64,000 bases of DNA from an uncultured Kiritimatiellota bacterium (GCA_944391065.1 CALXSH010000005.1:1876-65875), one strand, 5' to 3'. Numbered from the stretch's first letter, positions 47,752 to 57,114 are shown. The notes: generated by a model not told the origin, from the sequence alone. Program-made: numbers and translations.

Positions 47752-48714
47752 TCAGACGCAGCCTGGTTGCCCGACATGGATTCGAACCATGACTATGGGC
47801 GTCAAAGGCCCGTGTGCTGCCATTACACCATCGGGCAGCGTCTGTGCGCAGACCCGCCGAAACCCGCACAATGCGGGAGCCGACAGAACTTTTTCTCCCT
47901 CTTTGCGCGACCGTACGAGCGCGAAAACCGTCGCGCCGCTTCCGCTCAGGAGCACCGTCCCGCAGCCCGCCTCGCGCAGCGCCTGAGCGCTCCGGGCGAC
48001 CTCCGGGAAACACGAAAAACACGGCGCCTGCAGGTCGTTTACGAGCTGCCGGGCCACGCCGTCGGTGTCTCCATTCCGAAGAGAGAGGCGCAAAGTATCG
48101 CAAAAATCATTCCTTAAAGTCAAGTTATCGGCGCACGCCGCCCCCGGATCCGCGTCAAAGGCGCCGTACACCTTCCCCGTGGGGCAGGCGCATCCGCAGT
48201 TCACCAGCACCGCCCACAAGGGCTCCGCGCCCTCCATCGCCCAGCGCTCCACGCGCTCGCCCCGGCCCGTCATGCGGACCGTCCCGTCCGCCACGAAGAG
48301 CGGCACGTCCGACCCCAGCTCCGCCCCCAGCTCCGAAAGGCGCGCACGCCCCAGGCCCAACCCATACACCCGATCCGTTTCGCGCAGCACCGCCGCCGCG
48401 TCGCTGCTCCCGCCCCCCAGACCGCCCCCGAGCGGAATCCGCTTCACGATCCGAATCCGTACCGGCAGCGGACGGCCCGTCTCGCGTTCCAGGAGGCGCA
48501 CCGCGCGGACCGCCAGGTTGCGCTCCGGGTCCTCCGGCATCGCGCCCAGGTCGACCCCGTCGGGGACGACCTCAAGCGCCGTCCGCTCCGCCCGCTCCAC
48601 CGTCACCCCGTCGCCGAAAGCCAACGGCACGACGACCGAATCGAGATCATGGTAACCGTCCTCCCGCTTCGGGAAGACACGCAGCGTCAGATTGATTTTG
48701 GCAGGGGCTAACAT
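47752..48714 (-). CDS. ispE: 4-diphosphocytidyl-2-C-methyl-D-erythritol kinase (ORF reads through tRNA-Gln)
   Basis: APAKINLTL, KRIPLGGGLGGGSSDAAA, LGSDVP, NDLQ, LSGSGAT. Confidence 0.95.
   Translation of the reverse strand: MLAPAKINLTLRVFPKREDGYHDLDSVVVPLAFGDGVTVERAERTALEVVPDGVDLGAMPEDPERNLAVRAVRLLERETGRPLPVRIRIVKRIPLGGGLGGGSSDAAAVLRETDRVYGLGLGRARLSELGAELGSDVPLFVADGTVRMTGRGERVERWAMEGAEPLWAVLVNCGCACPTGKVYGAFDADPGAACADNLTLRNDFCDTLRLSLRNGDTDGVARQLVNDLQAPCFSCFPEVARSAQALREAGCGTVLLSGSGATVFALVRSRKEGEKVLSAPALCGFRRVCAQTLPDGVMAAHGPLTPIVMVRIHVGQPGCV
47764..47837 (-). tRNA. tRNA-Gln (TTG), CCA encoded
   Basis: TGCCCGA/TCGGGCA acceptor stem, TGGTGTAATGGCAGCAC D-arm, CTTTGAC anticodon loop, GGTTCGAATCC T-arm, ACCA end. 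Confidence 0.95.
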
Positions 48715-48724
48715 AATGCCCGCC

Positions 48725-48735
48725 AGTATAACACA
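48725..48735 (-). promoter_or_regulatory. Extended -10 promoter (TGTGTTATACT) just upstream of ispE
   Basis: TGnTATACT 10 nt before the ATG; the same 11-mer precedes the bamD-like gene at 62968-62978. Confidence 0.55.
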
Positions 48736-48789
48736 GCGGACGCCGGCCGGAGCCGGGCATCCGCGCGAAAGGGGGCTCCGCTCCTCTCC

Positions 48790-50268
48790 TCAGGCCACCA
48801 GACGGTAGACGCCCAGACAGACCAGCGGGAAGAGGAAGAAGGTCGCCACGATGTAGAGGATCGCCATCGAACGCCGTTCGCTCGCCAGCTTCGCCAGGCT
48901 CGACGCACAGACGAGCGGGACGCGGCGCAACAGCGGGACGCCGTAGATGACAATCACGCCGAAGACGTTGAAGAGCAGGTGAATGAAGGCGACCTGCAGG
49001 CCGAATTCCGCGCCCGGCCCCGTAATGGCCAGCGCCGCCAGGAGCGCCGTCACGCACGTGCCGATATTCGCCCCCAGCGTGAAGGGGAAGACCTGCTTGA
49101 GCTTCATCAGACCCGCGCCGGCCAGCGGCACGATGAGGGAGGTCGTCGTGCTGCTGCTCTGCACCAGCACCGTGATGAGGCAGCCGCTCCCGATCGCAGC
49201 CACCGGGCTGCGGCCCACCGCGGCGTGAAACATCTTCTCCGCCCGGCCCGTCAGCAGCATGCGCAGCAGCTTGCCCAGCAGCAGAATCGCCGCGAAGATC
49301 AGCACGAGGCCGAAAGCCACATAGGCGCCCTCCGAGCACCACGTCGGCCCCGGAATCAGACGGAACGCCCCATGCATCGCCGATTCGACCGGCTTCGTGA
49401 TTGTACCGATGAAGTTGAAGGCGCCCAGGTCCACGCCCGCCGAACCGCCGTAGAGCGCGCCCGCCAGCCACCCCGAGACCTTCTCGAGCAGACCGCAGGC
49501 CATTTCCAGCGGCAGGAAAATCAGCACCGCCGTGATGTTGAAGAAATCATGCACCGTCGCCGCCGCGAAGGCGCGGCGGAACTCCCGGCGGTGGCCGATG
49601 TGGCCCAGCGAGACCAGCGTATTCGTCACCGACGTGCCGATATTCGCGCCCATGATCATCGGGATGGCCGTCGTCACCGGCAGACCGGCCGCGCACAGCG
49701 CCACGATGACCGAGGTCGTCGTGCTGCTGCTCTGAATCACCGCCGTCGCCAGCAGCCCCATCAGCAGCCCCATGAAGGGATTCGTCGCGAAGGCGAAGAG
49801 CTCCTTCGCCGCCTCCTGACCGCCGAAGAGCCCGTTGAAGCCGCTCCCCAGCGCCGAAACCGCCAGAAGCAGCAGATAAACAAAACCCGCGGTCGCGATC
49901 CAGGCGACCACGGGTCTCTCCGCCATCCACGCGAAGGTACGGCCAAACCAACCCGGCTTCTTTGTCTCAGCCTTCGGCTCGGGCCGCGGCAGATTGTCGG
50001 GAAGCGCCGCGCCGCGGAGCGTCTCCTCCAGCGACTGAACCGCCGAAAGCAGCCCCTCGCGCAGACCCGCGAGCGCCTCGGAGCGGTAATTGTTTTCGGG
50101 ATTGACGACGAGATTGATCAGCTCGTCCTCCAGACGGGAACGCTCCGCGAAGAGCTCCTGAAGGCGCGCCTTCATCTTCTCGGTCGTGAGGGCCGAATTG
50201 GCAAGCGCCTTGATTTCGTCGCGCAGCTGCAGCAGCCGGCTTTCCAACGCCAATTGGTGGTCGTTCAT
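48790..50268 (-). CDS. Na+/Pi cotransporter (NptA/SLC34-like) with an N-terminal helical extension
   Basis: Two QSSSTTTS repeats, MGANIGTSVT, LGANIGTCVTA. Confidence 0.92.
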   Translation of the reverse strand: MNDHQLALESRLLQLRDEIKALANSALTTEKMKARLQELFAERSRLEDELINLVVNPENNYRSEALAGLREGLLSAVQSLEETLRGAALPDNLPRPEPKAETKKPGWFGRTFAWMAERPVVAWIATAGFVYLLLLAVSALGSGFNGLFGGQEAAKELFAFATNPFMGLLMGLLATAVIQSSSTTTSVIVALCAAGLPVTTAIPMIMGANIGTSVTNTLVSLGHIGHRREFRRAFAAATVHDFFNITAVLIFLPLEMACGLLEKVSGWLAGALYGGSAGVDLGAFNFIGTITKPVESAMHGAFRLIPGPTWCSEGAYVAFGLVLIFAAILLLGKLLRMLLTGRAEKMFHAAVGRSPVAAIGSGCLITVLVQSSSTTTSLIVPLAGAGLMKLKQVFPFTLGANIGTCVTALLAALAITGPGAEFGLQVAFIHLLFNVFGVIVIYGVPLLRRVPLVCASSLAKLASERRSMAILYIVATFFLFPLVCLGVYRLVA

Positions 50269-50316
50269 AACGGTTCCTTTTTGCTTCGGTTAGACGGCCC
50301 ATACTGTCTCATAAGC

Positions 50317-50358
50317 ATGTTAGGTCTCTGTTAGGGACTTTGTTAAATTTCCGTTAGA
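50317..50358 (-). promoter_or_regulatory. Four phased (C/T)TAAC(A/G) direct repeats, PHO-box-like
   Basis: GTTA on + at 50319, 50330, 50342 and 50353 (spacing 11/12/11), upstream of the phosphate transporter. Confidence 0.55.
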
Positions 50359-50396
50359 TTTGCGCCGCGGCCGCTTGCCGCGTTATGATAGCGGCC

Positions 50397-50720
50397 ATGC
50401 ATCCGACCCGTCCCACAGCCTCCTTTGAAGCCGACACCTACTCCGTGCTGGTCATCCTGACCCTGCCCCTCGGGCTCTACCCCTTCTATCTGAGAAAGTG
50501 GTGCGTAGGCGCCCTCACGGCGCTGGCCACCCTGGCCGGCTGGGCTCTCCTCGCGACGGGTCTTATTGTCGCCCGGCCCCTCATGGCGCTCCTCGGCGGC
50601 CTCCTGCTGCTCGGGCTCCTGATTGTCGGCCTCCGTCAAGCCGGCCGCGCCTACGCCGTCACCGAACGCCTCAACCGCCAAAACGCGCCGGGGCCCCGAT
50701 CCGGGACCCCGACGAAATGA
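50397..50720 (+). CDS. Small hypothetical membrane protein
   Basis: Three hydrophobic segments; TATGAT 7 nt upstream of the ATG. Confidence 0.65.
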   Translation: MHPTRPTASFEADTYSVLVILTLPLGLYPFYLRKWCVGALTALATLAGWALLATGLIVARPLMALLGGLLLLGLLIVGLRQAGRAYAVTERLNRQNAPGPRSGTPTK

Positions 50721-50745
50721 TCCTCACACAGACCGCGCGCGCGGC

Positions 50746-52035
50746 TCAGCCGAAGACGCGATCGCGCCGGCCAAAGACCACGAAGAGCAGCGCCGAGACG
50801 CCCATCAGCATCGGATAGATGCAGTACGGCACCACCTGCACGGGGCTCACCGCCTCGGCAAAGGCCGCCGCCGTCAGCAACTGCGCCCCGTACGGAATCA
50901 GCCCTTGGAAGACCGACGTGAAGATATCGAGCAGCGACGCCGTACGGCCCGGCTCGATCTTGTACTCCGTCGCGATTTCCTTCGCCACAGGCGCGGCAAT
51001 GACGATGGCCACCGTGTTGTTGGCCGTCGCGCAGTCCACCGCCGCGCTCAGCGCCGCGATGCCGACCTCCGCGCCCTTGCGGCTCTTCACGCCGCGGCGC
51101 ACCGTCTTCAGGATCCATTCGATGCCGCCGTTCGCGCGGATGAGCGCGAGCGTCGCCGCGACCACGATCGAGATCACCGTAATGTCGTACATCGACATGA
51201 CGCCCTTGCCCATCACCGAGAAGATCTCCGTCAGCGCGAAGTCCCCGTAGCAGAGTCCGACAATCAGCGAGAAGAGCGTGCCGCCTGCCAGGAGCAGAAT
51301 GACGTTGAAGCCCATCAGCGCGCCGATCAGCACCGCCAGGTAGGGCAGGATGCGGACAACGTCGTAGTCGCCCGCCCTGATCTCGCCCGCGTCGCCCGCG
51401 CACAGCGAGAGCGCCAGCAGGATGCCCGCCGTCAGCACCGCGGCCGGCAGCACCAAGCGGATGTTCTCGCGGAACTTCTCCCTCATCGCGCACCCCTGCG
51501 TGCGCGTCGCCGCGATCGTCGTATCGGAAATCATCGAAAGGTTGTCGCCGAACATCGCCCCGCTCACCGCCGCGCCCAGGCAGAGCGCCGTCGGGATTTC
51601 CGTATGCTCCGCGATGCCCACCGCAATCGGCGCCAGCACCGTAATCGTGCCGACCGATGTGCCCATGGCAATGGAGATGAAGCAGCCCACCAGATAGATA
51701 CCCAGCACAGCCACCGACGGCGGCAGCACCGACAGTGCGAAATTCACCGTCGACTCCGCGCCGCCCGCGGCCCCGATCGACCCCGAGAAGGCGCCGGCCA
51801 TGATGAAGACCAGACACATCACCATCACGTTCTCGTCGCCCATCCCGCGCGCCGCGATATCAAGCTTCTCGGCGAAGGTCCGCTTCCGGTCCATCAGAAA
51901 GGCCACCGTCAGCGCCACGACAAAGCCCGCAATCGCCGGCATCGCGTAGAAGTCACCCGTCCACACCCCATACCCCACAAAGAGGGCCAGAAAGACAAAA
52001 ATCGGCGTCAGCGCCCAAAAACTGCATCTCGGCAT
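50746..52035 (-). CDS. NhaC family Na+/H+ antiporter / amino-acid transporter
   Basis: SIAMGTSVGT, GAMFGDNLSMISDTTI, polytopic hydrophobic profile. Confidence 0.9.
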   Translation of the reverse strand: MPRCSFWALTPIFVFLALFVGYGVWTGDFYAMPAIAGFVVALTVAFLMDRKRTFAEKLDIAARGMGDENVMVMCLVFIMAGAFSGSIGAAGGAESTVNFALSVLPPSVAVLGIYLVGCFISIAMGTSVGTITVLAPIAVGIAEHTEIPTALCLGAAVSGAMFGDNLSMISDTTIAATRTQGCAMREKFRENIRLVLPAAVLTAGILLALSLCAGDAGEIRAGDYDVVRILPYLAVLIGALMGFNVILLLAGGTLFSLIVGLCYGDFALTEIFSVMGKGVMSMYDITVISIVVAATLALIRANGGIEWILKTVRRGVKSRKGAEVGIAALSAAVDCATANNTVAIVIAAPVAKEIATEYKIEPGRTASLLDIFTSVFQGLIPYGAQLLTAAAFAEAVSPVQVVPYCIYPMLMGVSALLFVVFGRRDRVFG

Positions 52036-52125
52036 CGTCGTGTCCTTTCCCCAAAAACGGCCGTCTCACCCGGCACCGGCCGGGCATCATAGGCCGCACA
52101 GCGTACCAAAAAGCCCCGGAGACGC

Positions 52126-53811
52126 TCAGCGCGCGTCTTCCGTGACGCGGATAAGCTCTTCCACGGACGTAAAGCCGGAGAAGACCTTGCGCCAGCCGTC
52201 CTGGCGGAGGGTGGCCATGCCTTCCTCGAGGGCGGCTTTGCGGATTTCGGCGGAGGAGCGGCGGGCGATGACCATGGAGCCGATGCGCTCGGTGACTTCG
52301 AGAAGCTCAAAGACGGCGCCGCGGCCTTTGTAGCCGGTGCGGGCGCAGGCGTCGCAGCCGACGGGGGCGTAGACAAAGTCCTGCGGCGGGTCGCCCGGCT
52401 GGTCCCACCACTCGCGCCTGAGGGGAATCTTCGCGCGGCACTTGGGGCAGAGACGGCGGACGAGGCGCTGAGCGAGGACGCCTGCGACGGCGGAGGAGAC
52501 AAGGAAGGGCTCTGCACCCATATCGACAAGGCGGGCGAAGGCTCCGGCGGCGTCGTTGGTGTGGAGGGTGGAGAAGACGAGGTGGCCGGTAAGGGCGGCA
52601 TTGATGGCGATTTCGGCCGTCTCGCCGTCGCGGATTTCACCGACCATGATGATGTCGGGGTCCTGACGGAGGAAGGCGCGGAGGGCGCGGGCGAAGGTGA
52701 GGCCGATGTCGGAGCGCACCAGGACCTGGTTGATGCCGGGCATTTCGTACTCGATCGGGTCCTCGGCGGTCATGATGCGGACGTCGACCTTGTTGATCTC
52801 ATGGAGGAAGGCATAGAGCGAGGTCGACTTACCGGAACCGGTCGGGCCGGTGACGAGGATGATGCCGTTGGGGCGGGTGATGAGGCGGTTGGTGAGGGCG
52901 TAGTCGCGCTCGCTCATGCCCAGGTCGGCGAGGCGGACGAAGTTGCCGGCCTTCTGGAGGAGTCGGAGGGAGACCGATTCGCCGTAGGCGGTGGGGCAGG
53001 TCGAGACACGGATATCGATGTCCTCATTGTTGAGGCGGATGCCGATGCGGCCGTCCATGGGGAGGCGCTTTTCGGCGATATCGAGGTTGGCCATGACCTT
53101 GAGACGGGAGATGATGGCGGCCTTGAGGCGGTTGAGCTGCGGGGGGACGTCGACCTTGTGGAGCATACCGTCGATGCGGTAGCGGATGCGAAGCTCGGTC
53201 TCCATCGGCTCGACGTGGATATCAGTGGCGCCCTCGCGGTCGGCTTCGGCGATAATCTGGTTGACGAAGCGGACGATGGAGGCCTCCTGGCCCATCTCGT
53301 TGACGTCGATTTTGGAGATGTTGGCCTCTTCGGTGACCTCGTAGCGGCCGTCCTCAATCATCTTCTCGATGGCTTCGGCACCGACGCCGTAGTATTTGCG
53401 GATGGCCTTGTCAATCTCCTCGGCGGGGGCGAGGGAGACGCGGACGGAGAGGCCGGAGGCGGCGCGGATGCCGTCTGGCGCGGCGGTGTCGAAGGGATCG
53501 GAGAGCGCCACGCGCAGGGCGCCGTCCTCAATCGCGAGCGGCAGGGCGGCGTACTGGTAGACGGCACGGGCGGGGAGAAGCTGCAGGGCCTCGTCGGTGG
53601 GACGGGTGTGCTCGAGGTCGACGTAGCCGAAACCGAGCACCTCGGCCAGGCGGCAGAGGAAGTCGGCGGGCTTGGCGAGCTCGAGGCGGGTGACGGCGCC
53701 CGGGATGCCGCCTTCGGAGAGGTCGGAGGCCAGGATACGGGCAATCTGGGCGTCGGTGAAGAGGCCGGTCTGCTTAAGAAGCGCCGTAAGGAAGGGAGGC
53801 TGGTCGGTCAT
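52126..53811 (-). CDS. GspE/PilB family secretion ATPase
   Basis: GATDIHVEP, LVTGPTGSGKST, TAEDPIEY, RQDPDIIMVGEIRDGET, TGHLVFSTLHTND. Confidence 0.95.
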   Translation of the reverse strand: MTDQPPFLTALLKQTGLFTDAQIARILASDLSEGGIPGAVTRLELAKPADFLCRLAEVLGFGYVDLEHTRPTDEALQLLPARAVYQYAALPLAIEDGALRVALSDPFDTAAPDGIRAASGLSVRVSLAPAEEIDKAIRKYYGVGAEAIEKMIEDGRYEVTEEANISKIDVNEMGQEASIVRFVNQIIAEADREGATDIHVEPMETELRIRYRIDGMLHKVDVPPQLNRLKAAIISRLKVMANLDIAEKRLPMDGRIGIRLNNEDIDIRVSTCPTAYGESVSLRLLQKAGNFVRLADLGMSERDYALTNRLITRPNGIILVTGPTGSGKSTSLYAFLHEINKVDVRIMTAEDPIEYEMPGINQVLVRSDIGLTFARALRAFLRQDPDIIMVGEIRDGETAEIAINAALTGHLVFSTLHTNDAAGAFARLVDMGAEPFLVSSAVAGVLAQRLVRRLCPKCRAKIPLRREWWDQPGDPPQDFVYAPVGCDACARTGYKGRGAVFELLEVTERIGSMVIARRSSAEIRKAALEEGMATLRQDGWRKVFSGFTSVEELIRVTEDAR

Positions 53812-53834
53812 CCGGAAGGGCCTTTCTGGGTCGG

Positions 53835-55061
53835 TCACCGGCAAAGATGGGTGAGGAAGTCGACGAATTCGGGGTAGATGGTATCCATCATGAAGTTCTC
53901 GCGGGCGATGCGCGCGGAGGCGATGGATTCCTGGGTGATGCGGCTGCGCTGGCGGGTGTAGACGCGGACGGCGGCGCAGAAGGATTCGATGTCGCCGGCG
54001 CGGTAGAGCGTACCGGCCCCGTAGCGGGTGATGAGCCGCTCGGTTTCGCCGGTCAGGCAGCTGATCATCGGGAGCCCGGCGGCGGTGTAGTCGGCGAGCT
54101 TGTAGGGCACGGCGACGAAGCTGTCGGGAAACATGGGCACGATGGCGATGTCGGAGTCGGCCAGGAGCTGGTGCATATCCTCATTGCTGAGGTAACCGTG
54201 GAAACGGATGGCGGGGCACCCGGCGGCCTCACGGCGCAGGAGCGGTTCGCGCGGACCGGTGCCGGCCAGATCGAGACGGACGCGTTCGCCGGCCGCGAAG
54301 AGGCGGCGGACACCGAGGACGACGGTCCTCAGGTCATAACTGCGGCCCATGCTGCCGACGTAGATGAGGCGCAGGGGTTCGCTCTCATCGAGGGCATAAC
54401 GGTAAGCGCCGTTGTTCATGCGCATGATGCCGTGGTAGCAAAGGTGGCGCGGCGCACGGCACCCGTACCGGGCGGCCAGCTCAAGATAGGTGCGGCCGAC
54501 GCCGGTGACCGCGTCGGAGAGACGGTAAGCCTGACGGGCCTCGCGATGGAGACCGCTGAAGAGAATCCGCCCCAGGATGTCGCGAAACCAGTCGGGGCCG
54601 GGAATGAGCCGGTAGAAGTTCTCCGGCCAGGCATCCATGATGTCGACGACGACGCGGCAGTCCCAGCGCTTGCGGAAGAGGCGGGCGACGCCGGCGGTGC
54701 CGCAGGGCGGCCAGGAGACAAGCACCAAGTCGGGTCGGGCGAGTTCGCCGCTCTCGACGGCCTCGATGGCCAGGCGCTTCCAGTCGCGGGCATACTTCCG
54801 GTGGCTGCGGAAGCGGCGAAAACCGACATTGTCCTTATAGGGGAGCGTGGGAATCTGTCGGACCTGGAATCCCTCGGGCGCCGTGTAGACGGGGGTCTCG
54901 GCGACGGTGCGGCGGCGCTTGCGCGGATGGCTGAAGTCGCTCGTCCACCAGACGACGTCATGGCCGGCGCGGACCAACGCCCGGCAGAGCAGGCCGTAGC
55001 GCTGGATGCGGTGGCCCTCGCCGGGGAGGTTGTCGAAGGGATTGTTGACCCAGAAGATCAT
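53835..55061 (-). CDS. Glycosyltransferase family 4
   Basis: GT-B features DIMDAWPE, YVGSMGRSYDL, PYKLADY..AG.P. Confidence 0.88.
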   Translation of the reverse strand: MIFWVNNPFDNLPGEGHRIQRYGLLCRALVRAGHDVVWWTSDFSHPRKRRRTVAETPVYTAPEGFQVRQIPTLPYKDNVGFRRFRSHRKYARDWKRLAIEAVESGELARPDLVLVSWPPCGTAGVARLFRKRWDCRVVVDIMDAWPENFYRLIPGPDWFRDILGRILFSGLHREARQAYRLSDAVTGVGRTYLELAARYGCRAPRHLCYHGIMRMNNGAYRYALDESEPLRLIYVGSMGRSYDLRTVVLGVRRLFAAGERVRLDLAGTGPREPLLRREAAGCPAIRFHGYLSNEDMHQLLADSDIAIVPMFPDSFVAVPYKLADYTAAGLPMISCLTGETERLITRYGAGTLYRAGDIESFCAAVRVYTRQRSRITQESIASARIARENFMMDTIYPEFVDFLTHLCR

Positions 55062-55067
55062 GGCCGC

Positions 55068-56666
55068 TTACCATTCGCGCCGGGCGGCGCGGACCAGGAC
55101 GGTATCCTTGGCGACGCGGTGGCGTTCGGGATAGTCGAGGGTATAGTGCAGGCCGCGGCTCTCGTGACGCTCCATGGCGGAGGTGACGATGAGCAGGGCG
55201 GCGTCGGCGAGGTTCCGGAGCTCAAGGATGTCGGACGTGACGAGATAGTCGAAGTAGTACTCGTTGATCTCGCGGCGGAGGTTCTGCACGCGGTGGAGGG
55301 CGCGCTGGAGGCGGCGGTCGGTGCGGACGATGCCGACGTAGTCCCACATGCAGGTGCGGAGCTCCTGCCAGTTGTGGGCGACAAGGACGGCCTCGTCGGA
55401 GGGCACGGCGCGGCCATAGACCCAGTCGGAAATCTTCACGTCGGGCACGGCCGGCACCGGGGCGGCGTTGAGCGTCTCGGCGCATTCGCAGGCGCAGACC
55501 AGGGCCTCGAGGAGCGAATTGCTCGCGAGGCGGTTGGCGCCGTGCAGCCCCGTGCAGGCGCATTCGCCGACAGCGTAGAGACCGGGGATGGAGGTGACGC
55601 CGTCAACCGTGGCCGCGATGCCGCCGCAGCAATAGTGGGCGGCCGGAACGATCGGGATGAGATCCCTGGCCATGTCGATGCCGAATTCGAGGCACTTGGC
55701 GTAGATGCCGGGGAAGCGCTGCTTCAGATAGGCCTCACCGCGGTGGCGGATGTCCAGGCAGCAGTAGGCGTCGCCGCGCTTCTTCATCTCCGAGTCGATG
55801 GCGCGGGCGACGATGTCGCGCGGCGCCAGCGAACCGCGCGGGTCGTAAGCCTCCATAAAGGGTTTGCCGTCGCGGGTGACGAGCACGGCCCCTTCGCCGC
55901 GGACGGCCTCGCTGATCAGGAAGCGCTTGGCCTTGGGATGATAGAGGCAGGTGGGATGAAACTGCACCATCTCCATATTGCGGATTTCCGCGCCCGCGCG
56001 CCAGGCGGCCGCAATGCCGTCACCGGTGGCGACGTCGGGATTGCAGGTGTACTGGTAGACCTTGCCGCACCCGCCCGTGGCCAGAATGACGGTGGAGGCC
56101 CGGACGGCCCAGATCTCGCCCGTCTCGACGGTCAGCATGTAGGCGCCGACGACGCGGTTGTCGCCCGCGACATGGAGAAAACGGGTGGTGACAAGATCGA
56201 TCAGGAGGGTATTCTCGCAGATATGGAGACGCCCGGTGGAGCGGACCGCGGAGACGAGGGTCTCCTCGACCATGTGGCCGGTGATGTCGCCGGCGTGGAG
56301 GATGCGGCGCTTGGAATGGCCGCCCTCGCGGGTCAGGTCGTAATCGCCGGCGGCGTTGCGCGTGAAGGGGACGCCGAGGTCGATCAGAGCTTGGAGACAT
56401 CGCGGCCCGGCCTCGACGATGCGGCGGACGACGGCCTCGTTGCAGAGCCCGGCGCCGGCATCGAGGGTATCGGCGACATGTTCGTCAAAGGAATCCTCGG
56501 GGGACATCACGCAGGAGATGCCGCCCTGGGCATAATTGGTATTGGCCTCGGCCAGTTCGCGCTTGGTCACCAGCAGCACGCGGCCGCGTTCGGCCAGGCG
56601 CAGAGCGACCATGGTGCCGGCGAGACCGGAGCCGACGACCAGATAATCGGTGTCAATAGTCCGCAT
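55068..56666 (-). CDS. nadB: L-aspartate oxidase
   Basis: VVGSGLAG, NYAQGGI, REGGHS, QFHPT, SEAVRGEG, HYCCGG, GLHGANRLASNSLLE; RBS AAGGAG. Confidence 0.96.
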   Translation of the reverse strand: MRTIDTDYLVVGSGLAGTMVALRLAERGRVLLVTKRELAEANTNYAQGGISCVMSPEDSFDEHVADTLDAGAGLCNEAVVRRIVEAGPRCLQALIDLGVPFTRNAAGDYDLTREGGHSKRRILHAGDITGHMVEETLVSAVRSTGRLHICENTLLIDLVTTRFLHVAGDNRVVGAYMLTVETGEIWAVRASTVILATGGCGKVYQYTCNPDVATGDGIAAAWRAGAEIRNMEMVQFHPTCLYHPKAKRFLISEAVRGEGAVLVTRDGKPFMEAYDPRGSLAPRDIVARAIDSEMKKRGDAYCCLDIRHRGEAYLKQRFPGIYAKCLEFGIDMARDLIPIVPAAHYCCGGIAATVDGVTSIPGLYAVGECACTGLHGANRLASNSLLEALVCACECAETLNAAPVPAVPDVKISDWVYGRAVPSDEAVLVAHNWQELRTCMWDYVGIVRTDRRLQRALHRVQNLRREINEYYFDYLVTSDILELRNLADAALLIVTSAMERHESRGLHYTLDYPERHRVAKDTVLVRAARREW

Positions 56667-56906
56667 TATGGGATACTCCTTAGCGTCTATCATAGCAAAT
56701 GCCGCACGGGGACGCGCGGTTGTCCTCGAAGAGGAGGCGAAACCGGGGCGGGGCCAACGGAGGGCTCCCAGGTAACATGCCGTCCGTGACCGCCGATGAC
56801 GCAGCGGCCCCAGGCGAGGCCCCCGCCCCGATTCCAAAGCGACACGCCCCAAAGAGACTCGGAAGGAAGCCGGATTCCAATCAGTCTTCGCCCCGAAACC
56901 ACCAAC

Positions 56907-56990
56907 CACCCTATAGGGTAGTCAAATACCACCCTATAGGGTAGACGCACATCACCCTATAGGGTAGCGGGCTGCTACCCTATAGGGTGG
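56907..56990. repeat. Array C: 4 copies of the perfect palindrome ACCCTATAGGGT at a 23-bp period
   Basis: Copies start at 56908, 56931, 56954 and 56977. Confidence 0.93.
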
Positions 56991-57081
56991 CGAATGCTTT
57001 TCTGCCCCGGCGCCATTGGAAAGCGCCCGTCGGACGATTGGCCCCCGTCCCGGCCCCGGTTCGGATTCCGGCACAGGGCAG

Positions 57082-57114
57082 AAAAAAGCCCCCGCAGCGA
57101 GGCGGGGGCTTTTT
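57082..57114. terminator. Intrinsic terminator after the beta-galactosidase gene (A/T tracts on both sides)
   Basis: AAAAAGCCCCCGC/GCGGGGGCTTTTT. Confidence 0.85.

Noticed and set aside
52036-52125. Possible riboswitch upstream of the NhaC-family transporter
   Set aside because: The intergenic gap is only about 90 nt and has no lysine/SAM aptamer motifs
56860-56870. CGGAAGGAAGC resembling SRP RNA helix 8
   Set aside because: Lacks the flanking CAGG/AGCAG internal-loop bases and the long enclosing stem
56667-56909. ORF-track N-terminal extensions of nadB (also lacZ, GH2, nrdD, hrpB, rnhC, nadA, prs, proB)
   Set aside because: Upstream alternative starts add low-complexity sequence; downstream ATGs match the family N-termini or signal peptides, several with an RBS
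56907-56990. CRISPR interpretation of arrays A, B and C
   Set aside because: Repeats of 12-18 bp and spacers of 5-11 bp are far below CRISPR sizes; only 4 units each; no cas genes
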